From assembly GCA_010909165.1 (NCBI GenBank), contig MU008173.1, positions 1,116,001 through 1,180,000 on the forward strand: 64,000 nt of DNA. The letters are read 5' to 3'. Shown here one piece after another: positions 24,851 through 39,110 of the stretch (positions are counted from its first letter, which is position 1; each line of letters starts with the position of its first letter). This DNA comes from Anthoceros angustus. Its lineage: Eukaryota > Plantae > Anthocerotophyta. The translations under genes and the position numbers were made by a program. The notes beneath the pieces are model-generated. The model did not search any database, had not been told where the DNA came from, and saw only the letters and a list, made by a program, of their open reading frames with translations.

Positions 24851-26741
24851 CACATTGACACATAACAGTGCCTACTTCGTCTTCTTGGCTGCAGGGACGT
24901 TCAGGCCTCAAGGGTGTTGCAGCAAGTGCTGGGTGAAACCCTAAAGTCATGGGGAGGAGGCCTAGGCCTTCCATGAGAGGATGTACCCTAGCAAGTTGTG
25001 GTCTGGATATGATACTTTTCGAGGCGAGTTTTCCACCCCACGTGAGCTGGTTGAGAACTTGAGGCACGTTCCTGCAAGTCTCTTTCACTGGAAGGTAAAT
25101 CCAAGTGTTACGTACATTTTGGACACGGTGGAGCACTGGAGAGGCAGAAATGAGATGCTTGCAGTACTGCACAGGCGTCTAATCAGAGGCAGATACATCA
25201 CACAAATGCCTGATGCGCAATATATTTAACATGATTCAATTACTTAGTTCACGCTTTAATTTTATGCTCAATTTTCAAAACCGGAGATCTGCGGTGCAAG
25301 ATCTCACACACAACAACGCTCAAGCGCGAATTATCAAGCGAATGCCAAGGCAACTATTTAGCATGTTCTCAAGCGCTTCTAAACGTCCACATTAGCCCAT
25401 AAGCTCTGTGAATCGTCCTCAATGTTTAGCTTCTAAATAATTGCTCATTGATAAATTGTTTTTCTTCCAAAATTTTAGCCTCCTGCGCCAATTATGCATC
25501 TCGGCATAGAGCTTTATCTTTATTTCACACTTAGCATTAATCACGCATCTTGATCACTCTCCTAACAAGATAAGCCACCTTTTATAAAGCCTCTCAATCA
25601 GCCAGGCTTATTCTAATAACATTAGACATGACTTGTCAATGAATCCTCAAGTCATGACATATGCCTCATTTGGCATGTACCTGACCATGAGGATATTTGA
25701 CATCAATACATATAATTTGTGCATCCCAACTACCAATTGAGGATGTTGGTCATTTGAGCTTAAACATTTTGCCACTTTTGACCAGCATCCACAAATTAGA
25801 TCACTTTCGACTACATCCACAAACTAGGTCATGCATTTTTCTCCGTTTGTACCCAGACATCTTTTAAGAGGTTAAGTTAAACCTACAAGATTCATGTCTT
25901 CGTCATGCCTAGAATCGTGAGCACACCTACATAACGTTAGAGGATGTCATGGATGTAATGCGTGGACAAATGTTGAGTATGTGCATAACACAAAACTCTT
26001 ACAATCTTCTTTATATGATATATCAATTACTTAGAGTTTTGTACTAATTTTCATCGAGATGGGATTACTTGGATATCTTAGGCAATTGGTTTTAAGATGT
26101 TGATAGATGCAATATTTTCTCGGTACCAAAGGATTGCACAAAAGCAAATTATGATCATCTAAGTGCTTGGAATTGTTTCCAACTACTCTACTTCTCCAAC
26201 ACTTGGAATTAAAAGGAACGAATTGCAGGACACTTGCTGGAAGAAAATCCAAGTGTGTGTACATATTGGACATGGTGGAGCACTGGAGGAGAACCAAGAT
26301 GCTTGAAGTACTGGCGTCTCATAAGCAGGACCAGATACATCACAAAACGCCGTCCGCACAGGACCTGAGCAAATGCAGTGAATGTGCAAGGCGAGTCCAG
26401 GTGCAGTCCTGTAATTGCAAGTTTGCAGAGTCCGTGGTTTCCTGGATAACAAGACGATAAAAACGCCGTTCTCGGTTGCTGTGGGTGCGCCGACAGGCGC
26501 CAAGTGGAATTCCCAATCGCAACATCATTTTTCTACTCGAATCCCTGTCAACATTTTGCTTCCTCCGGTTCCAGGAGCCGAAGGAAGCTGCCAGTCAGCC
26601 TTCCGCGCACTTTCCGATTCCTCGGAATGCGCAGCACACTCGTACTTAAGCGCGCCTTCCAGAGCCCCTAACCATCAAAATCTGAAGCCAGCATCTTGAG
26701 CGGCATTAGCGATCCCCAGTACATTCGATTCTCCTGCTAGT

Positions 26742-26806
26742 ATGGGGCATGACAGAATTCTGGTGGTGGGAGGTACAGGTTACATTGGCAAGCACATTGC
26801 CAAGGC
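26742..26806 (+). pseudogene. PCBER-like exon-1 fragment
   Basis: [21 protein letters not shown], then a jump to sequence matching 17384. Confidence 0.75.
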
Positions 26807-28216
26807 AACTATTTAGCATGTTCTCAAGCGCTTCTAAACGTCCACATTAGCCCATAAGCTCTGTGTGAATCGTCCTCAATGTTTAGCTTCTAAATAATTG
26901 CTCATTGATAAATTGTTTTTCTTCCAAAATTTTAGCCTCCTGCGCCAATTGTCTGGTCTCGCTGCATAGAGCTTTATCTTTATTTCACACTTAGCATTAA
27001 TCCTGCATCTTGATCACTCTCCTAACAAGATAAGCCACCTTTTATAAAGCCTCTCAATCTGTCAGGCTTATTCTAATAACATTAGACATGACTTGTCAAT
27101 GAATCCTCAAGTCATGACATATGCCTCATTTGGCATGTACACAGCCATGAGGATATTTGACATCAATACATATAATTTGTGCATCCCAACTACCAATTCA
27201 GATGTTGGTCATTTGAGCTTAAACATTTTGCCACTTTTGACCAGCATCCACAAATTAGATCACTTTCGACTACATCCACAAACTAGGTCATGCATTTTTC
27301 TCCGTTTGTACCCAGACATCTTTTAAGAGGTTAAGTTAAACCTACAAGATTCATGTCTTCGTCATGCCTAGAATCGTGAGCACACACCTACATAACGTTA
27401 GAGGATGTCATGGATGTAATGCGTGGACAAATGTTGAGTATGTGCATAACACAAAACTCTTACAATCTTCTTTATATGATATATCAATTACTTAGAGTTT
27501 TGTACTAATTTTCATCTGAGATGGGATTACTTGGATATCTTAGGCAATTGGTTTTTAAGATGTTGATAGATGCAATATTTTCTCAGGTACCAAAGGATTG
27601 CACAAAAGCAAATTATGATCATCTAAGTGCTTGGAATTGTTTCAACTACTCTACTTCTCCAACACTTGGAATTAAAAGGAACGAATTGCAGGACACTTGC
27701 TGGAAGAAAATCCAAGTGTGTGTACATATTGGACATGGTGGAGCACTGAGAGGAGAACCAAGATGCTTGAAGTACTGGCGTCTCATAAGCAGGACCAGAT
27801 ACATCACAAAACGCCGTCCGCACAGGACCTGAGCAAATGCAGTGAATGTGCAAGGCGAGTCCAGGTGCAGTCCTGTAATTGCAAGTTTGCAGAGTCCGTG
27901 GTTTCCTGGATAACAAGACGATAAAAACGCCGTTCTCGGTTGCTGTGGGTGCGCCGACAGGCGCCAAGTGGAATTCCCAATCGCAACATCATTTTTCTCG
28001 AATCCCTGTCAACATTTTGCTTCCTCCGGTTCCAGGAGCCGAAGGAAGCTGCCAGTCAGCCTTCCGCGCACTTTCCGATTTCTCGAAATGCGTAGCCTAC
28101 TCTTCGGCGTCCTCTCCCAGCCCATTTAAACGCCCCTGGCAAGCACGCATCCAAATCTCTATCGAGCACCTTGAGCGGCATTAGCGATCCCCAGTACATT
28201 CGACATTCCTGCTGCT

Positions 28217-28458
28217 ATGGGGCACGACAGAATTCTGGTGGTGGGAGGTACAGGTTACATTGGCAAGCACATTGTCAAGGCTAGCACCAAGCTCAGCCAC
28301 CCCACGTTCGTGCTCATCCGGCCCAGCGCGAGTCTGACCCCAAGAAGGCCGACGTGCTTCACTCGCTCAAGGAGGCGGGGGCCACTTTGTGCATGTATGT
28401 GTGGAGGCCAAGTGCTAATCTACTTGTTCCGCAAGATTGTGTTGGTGGGTCATGTCTT
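28217..28458 (+). pseudogene. PCBER-like exon 1 plus part of intron 1
   Basis: [16 protein letters not shown]..., truncated at TCATGTCTT. Confidence 0.75.
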
Positions 28459-29320
28459 CGTCTCATGCCTAGAATCGTGAGCACACCTACATAACGTTAG
28501 AGGATGTCATGGATGTAATGGACAAATGTTGAGTATAGCATAACACAAAACTCTTACAATCTTCTTTATATGATATATCAATTACTTAGAGTTTTGTACT
28601 AATTTTCATCTGAGATGGGATTACTTGGATATCTTAGGCAATTGGTTTTTAAGATGTTGATAGATGCAATATTTTCTCAGGTACCAAAGGATTGCACAAA
28701 AGCAAATTATGATCATCTAAGTGCTTGGAATTGTTTCCAACTACTCTACTTCTCCAACACTTGGAATTAAAAGGAACGAATTGCAGGACACTTGCTGGAA
28801 GAAAATCCAAGTGTGTGTACATATTGGACATGGTGGAGCACTGGAGAGGAGAACCAAGATGCTTGAAGTACTGGCGTCTCATAAGCAGGACCAGATACAT
28901 CACAAAACGCCGTCCGCACAGGACCTGAGCAAATGCAGTGAATGTGCAAGGCGAGTCCAGGTGCAGTCCTGTAATTGCAAGTTTGCAGAGTCCGTGGTTT
29001 CCTGGATAACAAGACGATAAAAACGCCGTTCTCGGTTGCTGGGTGCGCCGACAGGCGCCAAGTGGAATTCCCAATCGCAACATCATTTTTCTACTCGAAT
29101 CCCTGTCAACATTTTGCTTCCTCCGGTTCCAGGAGCCGAAGGAAGCTGCCAGTCAGCCTTCCGCGCACTTTCCGATTTCTCGAAATGCGTAGCCTACTCT
29201 TCGGCGTCCCTCTCCCAGCCCATTTAAACGCCCCTGGCAAAGCTTGCACGCATCCAAATCTCTATCGAGCACCTTGAGCGGCATTAGCGATCCCCGAGTA
29301 CATTCGACATTCCTGCTGCT

Positions 29321-29887
29321 ATGGGGCACGACAGAATTCTGGTGGTGGAGGTACAGGTTACATTGGCAAGCACATTGTCAAGGCTAGCACCAAGCTCAGC
29401 CACCCCACGTTCGTGCTCATCCGGCCCAGCGCGAGTCTGACCCCAAGAAGGCCGACCTGCTTCACTCGCTCAAGGAGGCGGGGGCCACTTTGTGCATGTA
29501 TGTGGAGGCCAAGTGCCAACCTCCTTGTCCCGCAAGACTGGGTTGGGGCTGTCTCACGTGCTGAGCTCGTGCTGGGTGTGGGTGCAGGGAGACCTGAACG
29601 ACCACAAGAGCTTGGTTGAGGCTTTGGGAAGGTGGATGTTGTCATTTCCGCTGTGGGGAACGCAGCTCAAGGATCAAATCAAGCTGGTTGAGGCCATCAA
29701 GCACGTGGGCCACATCAAGGTACGTGAGAGCCTGAGGGTGGCAAGAATGCCTCTTCCGAATCTGCATTCGGTGGCTGATGGGCTGCGGGCAATGTGGTCT
29801 TCTGTGGTGTGCGTGTTGCTGCGGCAGAGGTTCGTTCCCTCCGAGTTCGGCAACGACGCCCGGAAGTCGCACGTTCTGCCTCCGGTT
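29321..29887 (+). pseudogene. PCBER-like exons 1 to 3 (partial)
   Basis: Truncated at KSHVLPP(V), then resumes at sequence matching 18616. Confidence 0.75.
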
Positions 29888-30078
29888 CCAGGAGCCGAAG
29901 GAAGCTGCCAGTCAGCCTTCCGCGCACTTTCCGATTTCTCGAAATGCGTAGCCTACTCTTCGGCGTCCTCTCCCAGCCCATTTAAACGCCCCTGGCAAAG
30001 CTTGCACGCATCCAAATCTCTATCGAGCACCTTGAGCGGCATTAGCGATCCCCGAGTACATTCGACATTCCTGCTGCT

Positions 30079-31412
30079 ATGGGGCACGACAGAATTCTGG
30101 TGGTGGAGGTACAGGTTACATTGGCAAGCACATTGTCAAGGCTAGCACCAAGCTCAGCCACCCCACGTTCGTGCTCATCCGGCCCAGCGCGAGTCTGACC
30201 CCAAGAAGGCCGACCTGCTTCACTCGCTCAAGGAGGCGGGGGCCACTTTGTGCATGTATGTGGAGGCCAAGTGCCAACCTCCTTGTCCCGCAAGACTGGG
30301 TTGGGGCTGTCTCACGTGCTGAGCTCGTGCTGGGTGTGGGTGCAGGAGACCTGAACGACCACAAGAGCTTGGTTGAGGCTTTGGGAAGGTGGATGTTGTC
30401 ATTTCCGCTGTGGGGAACGCAGCTCAAGGATCAAATCAAGCTGGTTGAGGCCATCAAGCACGTGGGCCACATCAAGGTACGTGAGAGCCTGAGGGTGGCA
30501 AGAATGCCTCTTCCGAATCTGCATTCGGTGGCTGATGGGCTGCGGGCAATGTGGTCTTCTGGTGTGCGTGTTGCTGCGGCAGAGGTTCGTTCCCTCCGAG
30601 TTCGGCAACGACGCCCGGAAGTCGCACGTTCTGCCTCCCGTTGAGTTTCTCTTCTCAGGCAAGACCTACATTCAGGACGAGGTGAAGGCGGCAGGCATTC
30701 CCTACACCTTGGTGGCCAACAACAGCTTTGCAGGCTACTTCGTGGCAGGGCTGTCGCAGGAGGGTTTGCTTTCACCTCCCAAAGACAAGGCCGTCATCTA
30801 CGGACACGCTAAAGGTGCGCAGCAAGGCTTCCCTTGTCAACTTTGCACGTCCTGATCTGTTTCAAAGCAGTGGAATATTGTGCAGGCCTGGTGACGGAAT
30901 TCATGTATGTTTGCTTTCAGCATACTTGGTGGACGAGGACGACATCGGGACATACACAGTGAAAGCTGCAGTGGACCCCCGAGCTGAAAACAAGACGCTC
31001 TACATAAGACCTGCACATAACCTGTACAGCCACAAGGAGCTTGTGGAGCTGTGGGAGAAGAAGTCCGGTCACCATCTTCACAAGATTCAACTCGAGGAAG
31101 ATGATGTGCTCAAGTTGGTTGAAGGTAACCTTGCCTGCCGCCCTCCTGCACTGCAGCAGCGTTGCTTCAGCTGTTCAGTCAGAAGCACGTCATTGGCTCT
31201 GTGAAGCTAACGTTTGGCTGTGCTGTGCTATACAATGGCATGCAGAAACCCCTCTCCCGAACAACATTCTGCTTGCCATTATTTACAGCGTCTACGTCAA
31301 GGGAGATCAGAGCAACTTCGAGGTGCCCCCTCATGAGGTGGAGGCCACACATCTCTACCCAGAGGTGCACTACCGCACAGTCGACCAGTATCTCGACCAG
31401 TTCCTCCACTGA
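30079..31412 (+). CDS. PCBER/IFR-like paralog a, full-length 5-exon copy with homopolymer-type indels
   Basis: All five exons are present, with CGA (not TGA) at DPR and a correct exon-3 donor. Single-base losses in G/T runs in exons 1-2 break the frame. Confidence 0.7.
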
Positions 31413-32077
31413 GACAGAAGGCTGGTGAGCAGAGGCGTGAAAACTCTGTCCCAGTGCCTTTCCAAAGAAGAGCCTGCAAACTGTTCTCAGTGAGCGTACA
31501 AAGCCGAACAAGGAAACTAGGCGATTGTTAGATAGCAAAGTGCGAACTCTTGCAGAGCTTTGTTACCGCTTTTCCTAAGTGTATTCGCTTTATTCTCGCT
31601 TCACTTATACTAGAAGGAAGAAGCGAGGTAGGTATTTTTTTTCGCTTATTATGCACTAAACTTCTAACCGTCTGTTTGTAAATATCTTTCACCTATGTAA
31701 CAATTTTTGTTTGTTATAATATCTCTTAAACAAAGACCAGGTATATCTCTATGACATAAGATGAGGATTGAAGACTGACCAATAATTGTTGTTCAAACAC
31801 TCCTTCACAAATTTTCAATTTCATCTCAACCAATTTAGACACAATAGCGCAATTTGGTTGAAAACTTGTTTGTAGACGGTCATGTAAATGCGTAGGACAT
31901 TCTACATATTCTTTGTAAATAATTTTATAAACAATCATGTAAATGCCTTGGACAGACGACATATTCTAGAATTCATTCATCGCTGCTATATGACCTTTTA
32001 AATTTTGGTATTCTTACTTTGCTTCATTACAACCTTTCAATAAGTGGCTCTCTAAATATAAAGCATCACTTCATCTT

Positions 32078-33161
32078 CTCGTGCTGGGTGTGGGTGCAGG
32101 AGACCTGAACGACCACAAGAGCTTGGTTGAGGCTTTGGGAAGGTGGATGTTGTCATTTCCGCTGTGGGGAACGCAGCTCAAGGATCAAATCAAGCTGGTT
32201 GAGGCCATCAAGCACGTGGGCCACATCAAGGTACGTGAGAGCCTGAGGGTGGCAAGAATGCCTCTTCCGAATCTGCATTCGGTGGCTGATGGGCTGCGGG
32301 CAATGTGGTCTTCTGTGGTGTGCGTGTTGCTGCGGCAGAGGTTCGTTCCCTCCGAGTTCGGCAACGACGCCCGGAAGTCGCACGTTCTGCCTCCCGTTGA
32401 GTTTCTCTTCTCAGGCAAGACCTACATTCAGGACGAGGTGAAGGCGGCAGGCATTCCCTACACCTTGGTGGCCAACAACAGCTTTGCAGGCTACTTCGTG
32501 GCAGGGCTGTCGCAGGAGGGTTTGCTTTCACCTCCCAAAGACAAGGCCGTCATCTACGGACACGCTAAGGTGCGCAGCAAGGCTTCCTTGTCAACTTTGC
32601 ACGTCCTGATCTGTTTCAAAGCAGTGGAATATTGTGCAGGCCTGGTGACGGAATTCATGTATGTTTGCTTTCAGCATACTTGGTGGACGAGGACGACATC
32701 AGGACATACAGTGAAAGCTGCAGTGGACCCCCGAGCTGAAAACAAGACGCTCTACATAAGACCTGCACATAACCTGTACAGCCACAAGGAGCTTGTGGAG
32801 CTGTGGGAGAAGAAGTCCGGTCACCATCTTCACAAGATTCAACTCGAGGAAGATGATGTGCTCAAGTTGGTTGAAGGTAACCTTGCCTGCCGCCCTCCTG
32901 CACTGCAGCAGCGTTGCTTCAGCTGTTCAGTCAGAAGCACGTCATTGGCTCTGTGAAGCTAACGTTTGGCTGTGCTGTGCTATACAATGGCATGCAGAAA
33001 CCCCTCTCCCGAACAACATTCTGCTTGCCATTATTTACAGCGTCTACGTCAAGGGAGATCAGAGCAACTTCGAGGTGCCCCTCATGAGGTGGAGGCCACA
33101 TCTCTACCCAGAGGTGCACTACCGCACAGTCGACCAGTATCTCGACCAGTTCCTCCACTGA
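32078..33161 (+). pseudogene. 5'-truncated PCBER-like copy (exons 2-5)
   Basis: Begins within intron 1 at CTCGTGCTGGGTG and contains indels. Confidence 0.75.
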
Positions 33162-36100
33162 GACAGAAGGCTGGTGAGCAGAGGCGTGAAACTCTGTCCC
33201 AGTGCCTTTCCAAAGAAGAGCCTGCAAACTGTTCTCAGTGAGCGTACAAAGCCGAACAAGGAAACTAGGCGATTGTTAGATAGCAAAGTGCGAACTCTTG
33301 CAGAGCTTTGTTACCGCTTTTCCTAAGTGTATTCGCTTTATTCTCGCTTCACTTATACTAGAAGGAAGAAGCGAGGTAGGTATTTTTCGCTTATTATGCA
33401 CTAAACTTCTAACCGTCTGTTTGTAAATATCTTTCACCTATGTAACAATTTTTGTTTGTTATAATATCTCTTAAACAAAGACCAGGTATATCTCTATGAC
33501 ATAAGATGAGGATTGAAGACTGACCAATAATTGTTGTTCAAACACTCCTTCACAAATTTTCAATTTCATCTCAACCAATTTAGACACAATAGCGCAATTT
33601 GGTTGAAAACTTGTTTTGTGACGGTCATGTAAATGCGTAGGACATTCTACATATTCTTTGTAAATAATTTTATAAACAATCATGTAAATGCCTTGAATGA
33701 CGACATATTCTAGAATTCATTCATCGCTATATGACCTTTTAAATTTTGGTATTCTTACTTTGCTTCATTACAACCTTTCAATAAGTGGCTCTCTAAATAT
33801 AAAGCATCACTTCATCTTCTCGTCTTTGGGTGAAAGTGTATGCATGAGGTGATTAAATTGCTCTTCCCCTTTTTCTTTTTGCAAGCTTACTGGAGCGGAA
33901 ATATGAAACTCTAACTTCAAATTGTGAGTACATGTACCTAATGTTAGAGAATTTCATGTGACAAACGTTCATGATGTATACAATTACAAGACTAGTATGA
34001 TCTTTTTTATATAATCTATCATTTTTTATATAAAGGTGCATTTCAAGAGTTTTTGTTTTGTGTCCGAAAAGATCAAACTAAATCAGCAAAAGTGCTGAGA
34101 AGATTACAAAAGTACAGAACTTGAAGTTCCATAAAATCAGGCTGCGAGAGAGTTTAGCGAGGATGATATACGTGACAGTTCCCCGCCCTCTAAAATTTGT
34201 TGGCCTCTGCGTATGAGCTCGGGGCCTTACGAAAGTGTCTAACCTAACTTGTCTTATCACTTCTCTCATAGTGCCAGCTGAGACAAGACCCCCGATGTTG
34301 CATAGGCCTTGTGCGGCATCAAGCTAGAAAAGGAGAACCTCAGTGGGGATAACTGCCCTATGTCATATCATAGCCAGCGCGTGCCTCACCGCGTGTAGCA
34401 AAACCAACCCATCTACAAGAGGGATTGCTTCAAGAGGGGCCAAGGCAAAACTCGACTGAGCAGAGGCGTGAAACTCTGTCCCAGTGCCTTTCCAAAGAAG
34501 AGCCTGCAAACTGTTCTCAGTGAGCGTACAAAGCCGAACAAGGAAACTAGGCGATTGTTAGATAGCAAAGTGCGAACTCTTGCAGAGCTTTGTTACCGCT
34601 TTTCCTAAGTGTATTCGCTTTATTCTCGCTTCACTTATACTAGAAGGAAGAAGCGAGGTAGGTATTTTTCGCTTATTATGCACTAAACTTCTAACCGTCT
34701 GTTTGTAAATATCTTTCACCTATGTAACAATTTTTGTTTGTTATAATATCTCTTAAACAAAGACCAGGTATATCTCTATGACATAAGATGAGGATTGAAG
34801 ACTGACCAATAATTGTTGTTCAAACACTCCTTCACAAATTTTCAATTTCATCTCAACCAATTTAGACACAATAGCGCAATTTGGTTGAAAACTTGTTTTG
34901 TGACGGTCATGTAAATGCGTAGGACATTCTACATATTCTTTGTAAATAATTTTATAAACAATCATGTAAATGCCTTGGACAGACGACATATTCTAGAATT
35001 CATTCATCGCTATATGACCTTTTAAATTTTGGTATTCTTACTTTGCTTCATTACAACCTTCAATAAGTGGCTCTCTAAATATAAAGCATCACTTCATCTT
35101 CTCGTCTTTGGGTGAAAGTGTGCATGAGGTGATTAAATTGCTCTTCCTTTTTCTTTTTGCAAGCTTCTGGGCGGAAATATGAAACTCTAACTTCAAATTG
35201 TGAGTACATGTACCTAATGTTAGAGAATTTCATGTGACAAACGTTCATGATGTATACAATTACAAGACTAGTATGATCTTTTTATATAATCTATCATTTT
35301 TATATAAAGGTGCATTTCAAGAGTTTTTGTTTTGTGAAAAGATCAAACTAAATCGGCAAAAGTCTTTGAGAAGATTACAAAAGTACGAACTTGAAGTTCC
35401 ATAAAATCGGTGCGAGAGTTTAGCGAGGATGATATACGTGTGATTCCCGCCCTCTAAAATTTGTTGGCCTCTGCGTATGAGCTCGGGGCCTTACGAAAGT
35501 GTCTAACCTAACTTGTCTTATCACTTCTCTCATAGTGCCAGCTGAGACAAGACCCCCGATGTTGCATAGGCCTTGTGCGGCATCAAGCTAGAAAAGGAGA
35601 ACCTCAGTGGGGATAACTGCCCTATGTCATATCATAGCGGCGTTGCCTCACCGTGTAGCAAAACCAACCCATCTACAAGAGGATTGCTTCAAGAGGGCCA
35701 AGGCAAGGCAAAACGACCGACTGCGGAGGGACAAGCGCCTATGTCATATCATAGCCAGCGCATCGTCACCGTGTAAAACCAACCCATCTACAAGAGGGAT
35801 TGCTTCAAGAGGGGCCAAGGCAAAAACCTGATCAACAGCCTGCAGAAAGCGGTGACTCCGCCATAAATCTGCCAACCTCACAAGGCATTCATCCTAGGAC
35901 TTATGGTAGCTGGTGATGTTTTCATAGAGGGATGCGATCGGTTGGATTACTTGAGGTGTCTGTTAGATGAGATTAATACTGTTGCTTGCACGCGGAAAGC
36001 CCAGTTTTGTGGAGTGCCTGCTACTTTACCGCAAGATGGCTTTAGGCGACTCAGGGTGCATGTGGTTTGCAAGCTTGTTGGAGCTCTGGCTCAACCACGC

Positions 36101-36878
36101 CCATTCATCCACTGACATGGCGCCATGTTTCCATTCTTGTAGCATAGCATCTTGATGAGTATGTTTGGTGACACACTTGTAAATGCAGACAGAGGGCTAA
36201 AATTAAAGTACTTCAGCCTTCAATACTCCACAATCATTGTTGACTGGACCAGGCAGAGGTCGGATTGGCTGCCGTCCTTCACAAAGATTCTCCACCACTC
36301 TCCTACATAACTGGCACAGAGCGGGTTACTAGACCACTGCGAGGACGCTGAATCCAACTACCCCCATGCATCGTCCATTAGCTGAGGTCATGCACTGGCC
36401 ATTGAAAGCTGGATGAAGCGGCCCCATACAAACACCTCAATGAGATCCCCTGCTAGTAAACGTTCATCCTTTCCTACACCCCTTCAAAGGCACTTGAGGA
36501 GCAACTACATACCCTTTGCCAACAATATCTCATGAATTTGGAACTCCCTAGTTTCTTGAAGATGTTGGTAAATATCAAAAATATATAATCATCCATCCTG
36601 ATTGAATGATTAACTATGCATAGTGATTGAAAACGTGATTCTACTACCATAGATACTCTACCACACGTATAAATCAGATTGCAAGAGTTGCAGGGTAACC
36701 AAGTGAATCTGGCCATGTGGTACCAATTGGTACCACATCATTTGGCAAGACCATTTGTAATGAGTCCTAACCTAATTTGTAAAATGAGGTATTTTGTTGT
36801 ACTGGAAAGTGTAGTATTTTGTTGGTGATACAAAGTGTGATACTAGACCATGGTTGCACCCGTAAAAAATAAAAATAT

Positions 36879-37787
36879 TCAATCTATTAAGATTGGGTTA
36901 TTACAACTACCTTTGTTTAACTTCCTCATTTCTGTCTTGAAAATATCCAATATAAATTCTTTAGTATAATTCATTTCAGTGTCCATATATTTTTGGTTGG
37001 TGAACCATTCATGCACTTTTAAACTTGAAATAGTGACACGTATATTTGGATTATGATGTAATAATCTTAATAGTAGATGAATACACTCATAAGAAAGTTG
37101 GTCAGTACATTGAAGTGCATACTCACAAACAAAAAATTCATTATCCTCGCAAATAAAAAGGTCATGCGCAGTTACCATTGTAAACAAGGTAACTCCGGCA
37201 GACCATATGTCGCATGGTGCTCCTTTATACTTCAATCCTAAACGAATTTCAGGAGCCATGTATATATTCGTTCCACAATGATCATTATATTCAGTATATG
37301 AGTTTCCCTGGCAAGAATGTCCAAAATCTGCAATTTTTAAAACTTGGTGTTCATTTATAAGTAAATTCTCCGGTTTAATATCACGATGAAAAATACCTTT
37401 ATTATGGCAATATTCTAAACCATAAATAAATTGACGAAAATAATGTCTAGCAGTATTTTCATCTAAGCGACCTCGTTGGTTAATAAAATGCCATAATGAA
37501 CCACCTTGCATGAGTTCTTCAATTAAAAATACTTGTTTACCACGTATATATGTACCATGCATTTTCAATATGTTTGGGTGGTCCAAAGATTTTAAGCATG
37601 AGACTTCGAATAATATTGCCTTCTTTGTTTTTTTATCATCAACAATATTAAAGGTTTTAATGGCCACTAGGTCACCAGTAATAATATGTTTTCCAACCAT
37701 GACCTCAGCCTGACCACCTTCTCCCAAAGAGGTTTCCGTGATCCCATAAGTGCCAATTATTTGAACAAACTGGGTACTCGATTCCAT
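36879..37787 (-). CDS. Intronless Ser/Thr protein kinase, CAMK group (SNF1/CIPK-like), catalytic domain only, 302 aa
   Basis: Uninterrupted ORF with [34 protein letters not shown] and the subdomain-XI Arg. Visibly AT-rich. Confidence 0.9.
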   Translation of the reverse strand: MESSTQFVQIIGTYGITETSLGEGGQAEVMVGKHIITGDLVAIKTFNIVDDKKTKKAILFEVSCLKSLDHPNILKMHGTYIRGKQVFLIEELMQGGSLWHFINQRGRLDENTARHYFRQFIYGLEYCHNKGIFHRDIKPENLLINEHQVLKIADFGHSCQGNSYTEYNDHCGTNIYMAPEIRLGLKYKGAPCDIWSAGVTLFTMVTAHDLFICEDNEFFVCEYALQCTDQLSYECIHLLLRLLHHNPNIRVTISSLKVHEWFTNQKYMDTEMNYTKEFILDIFKTEMRKLNKGSCNNPILID

Positions 37788-37959
37788 AATTTGACTTTCT
37801 CACAGTGGTCACTCACTTGTTAAATGACACCTCAAGCTGAAATCCAGTGTTTTAAAGGTAGATCGACACTTTTATTTGATACAAAAAGGCAAGGAATACA
37901 ATGAAGTCTCCTAAAAAAGTGCAATACCGTATGATGCAAGATGAATAAACCATATAAAC

Positions 37960-38225
<266 letters not shown>

Positions 38226-38764
38226 GAAGGTTTATTACAGGCTACAAATCTCGGTTGAGGAAACCAGCATACGCAATGGAAATGGGGAATTCCCGGACGA
38301 GCTCATATGTAGAAGAGAGAGAAGTAAAAAGTTGAGCACCTCATAAGAGAGAAGCAGAAAGTGGAGCACCTCACATGCCGGAAAGAGAGAAGTAAAAAAT
38401 GGAGGACAACCTTGGAGAACTGTTAGGTGGACTATTTGAAATCTTGAGATCATTTTTCCAATATATAGAGACATTATCTTAAAATAGTGACAAGCTATGA
38501 AAGTAATAAGCCCGCAAGCCCGTCAGGGCGAAGGGTCCAAGACAGGACACCTCTATTTTTGTTACCACCTTGTTGAAGCCAAGTGGAGTCAAGGAATCAC
38601 TAGTCCAAGGCTCCAATTTAGCATATGCTTTGTCGGAGCCATGCCCTCCCGCTGCATGCTTGCATGCAGAGGGAGCGCTTCTTGGCTTAAACCATGCTCT
38701 TCGTACGTAGTGAGCATGGCTGTCCAACAACAGCAATACCACATATCTCTTGTGGCTGACTGCA

Positions 38765-39110
38765 GGTTAACGGGCGTCCTCTAAGCTACCACACTTTGCA
38801 AACATTTCCACCAGGCAGCTCGCAAGGACCACCTCAACTCGCAGCCCCATTTCCTGAACCCTCTCGTGTGGCTGCCTCCTCCTGCTGCTGTGCCCCGATG
38901 CTTTTGCATGCTTTCAGAAGCCACACAATCGTTGTGTCATGTGCTGAAGCAGCGTCCTCTTCTTCCATGTTTCTGGTCATGTTGTCGAAGGCGGTCTGGG
39001 CCTCATCCAAGCTTCCACATCTTGCATACATAGCTCCCCGCCATCACTTCAGAGTCCAGTCCTGCTTCCTGTTCATGTATTTGTGAGTGAGCTGCCTTCC
39101 CTGGTCGTTG
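38765..39110 (-). pseudogene. Degenerate PPR fragment (duplicate of 24500-24850)
   Basis: Near-identical to 24500-24850. Confidence 0.65.
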
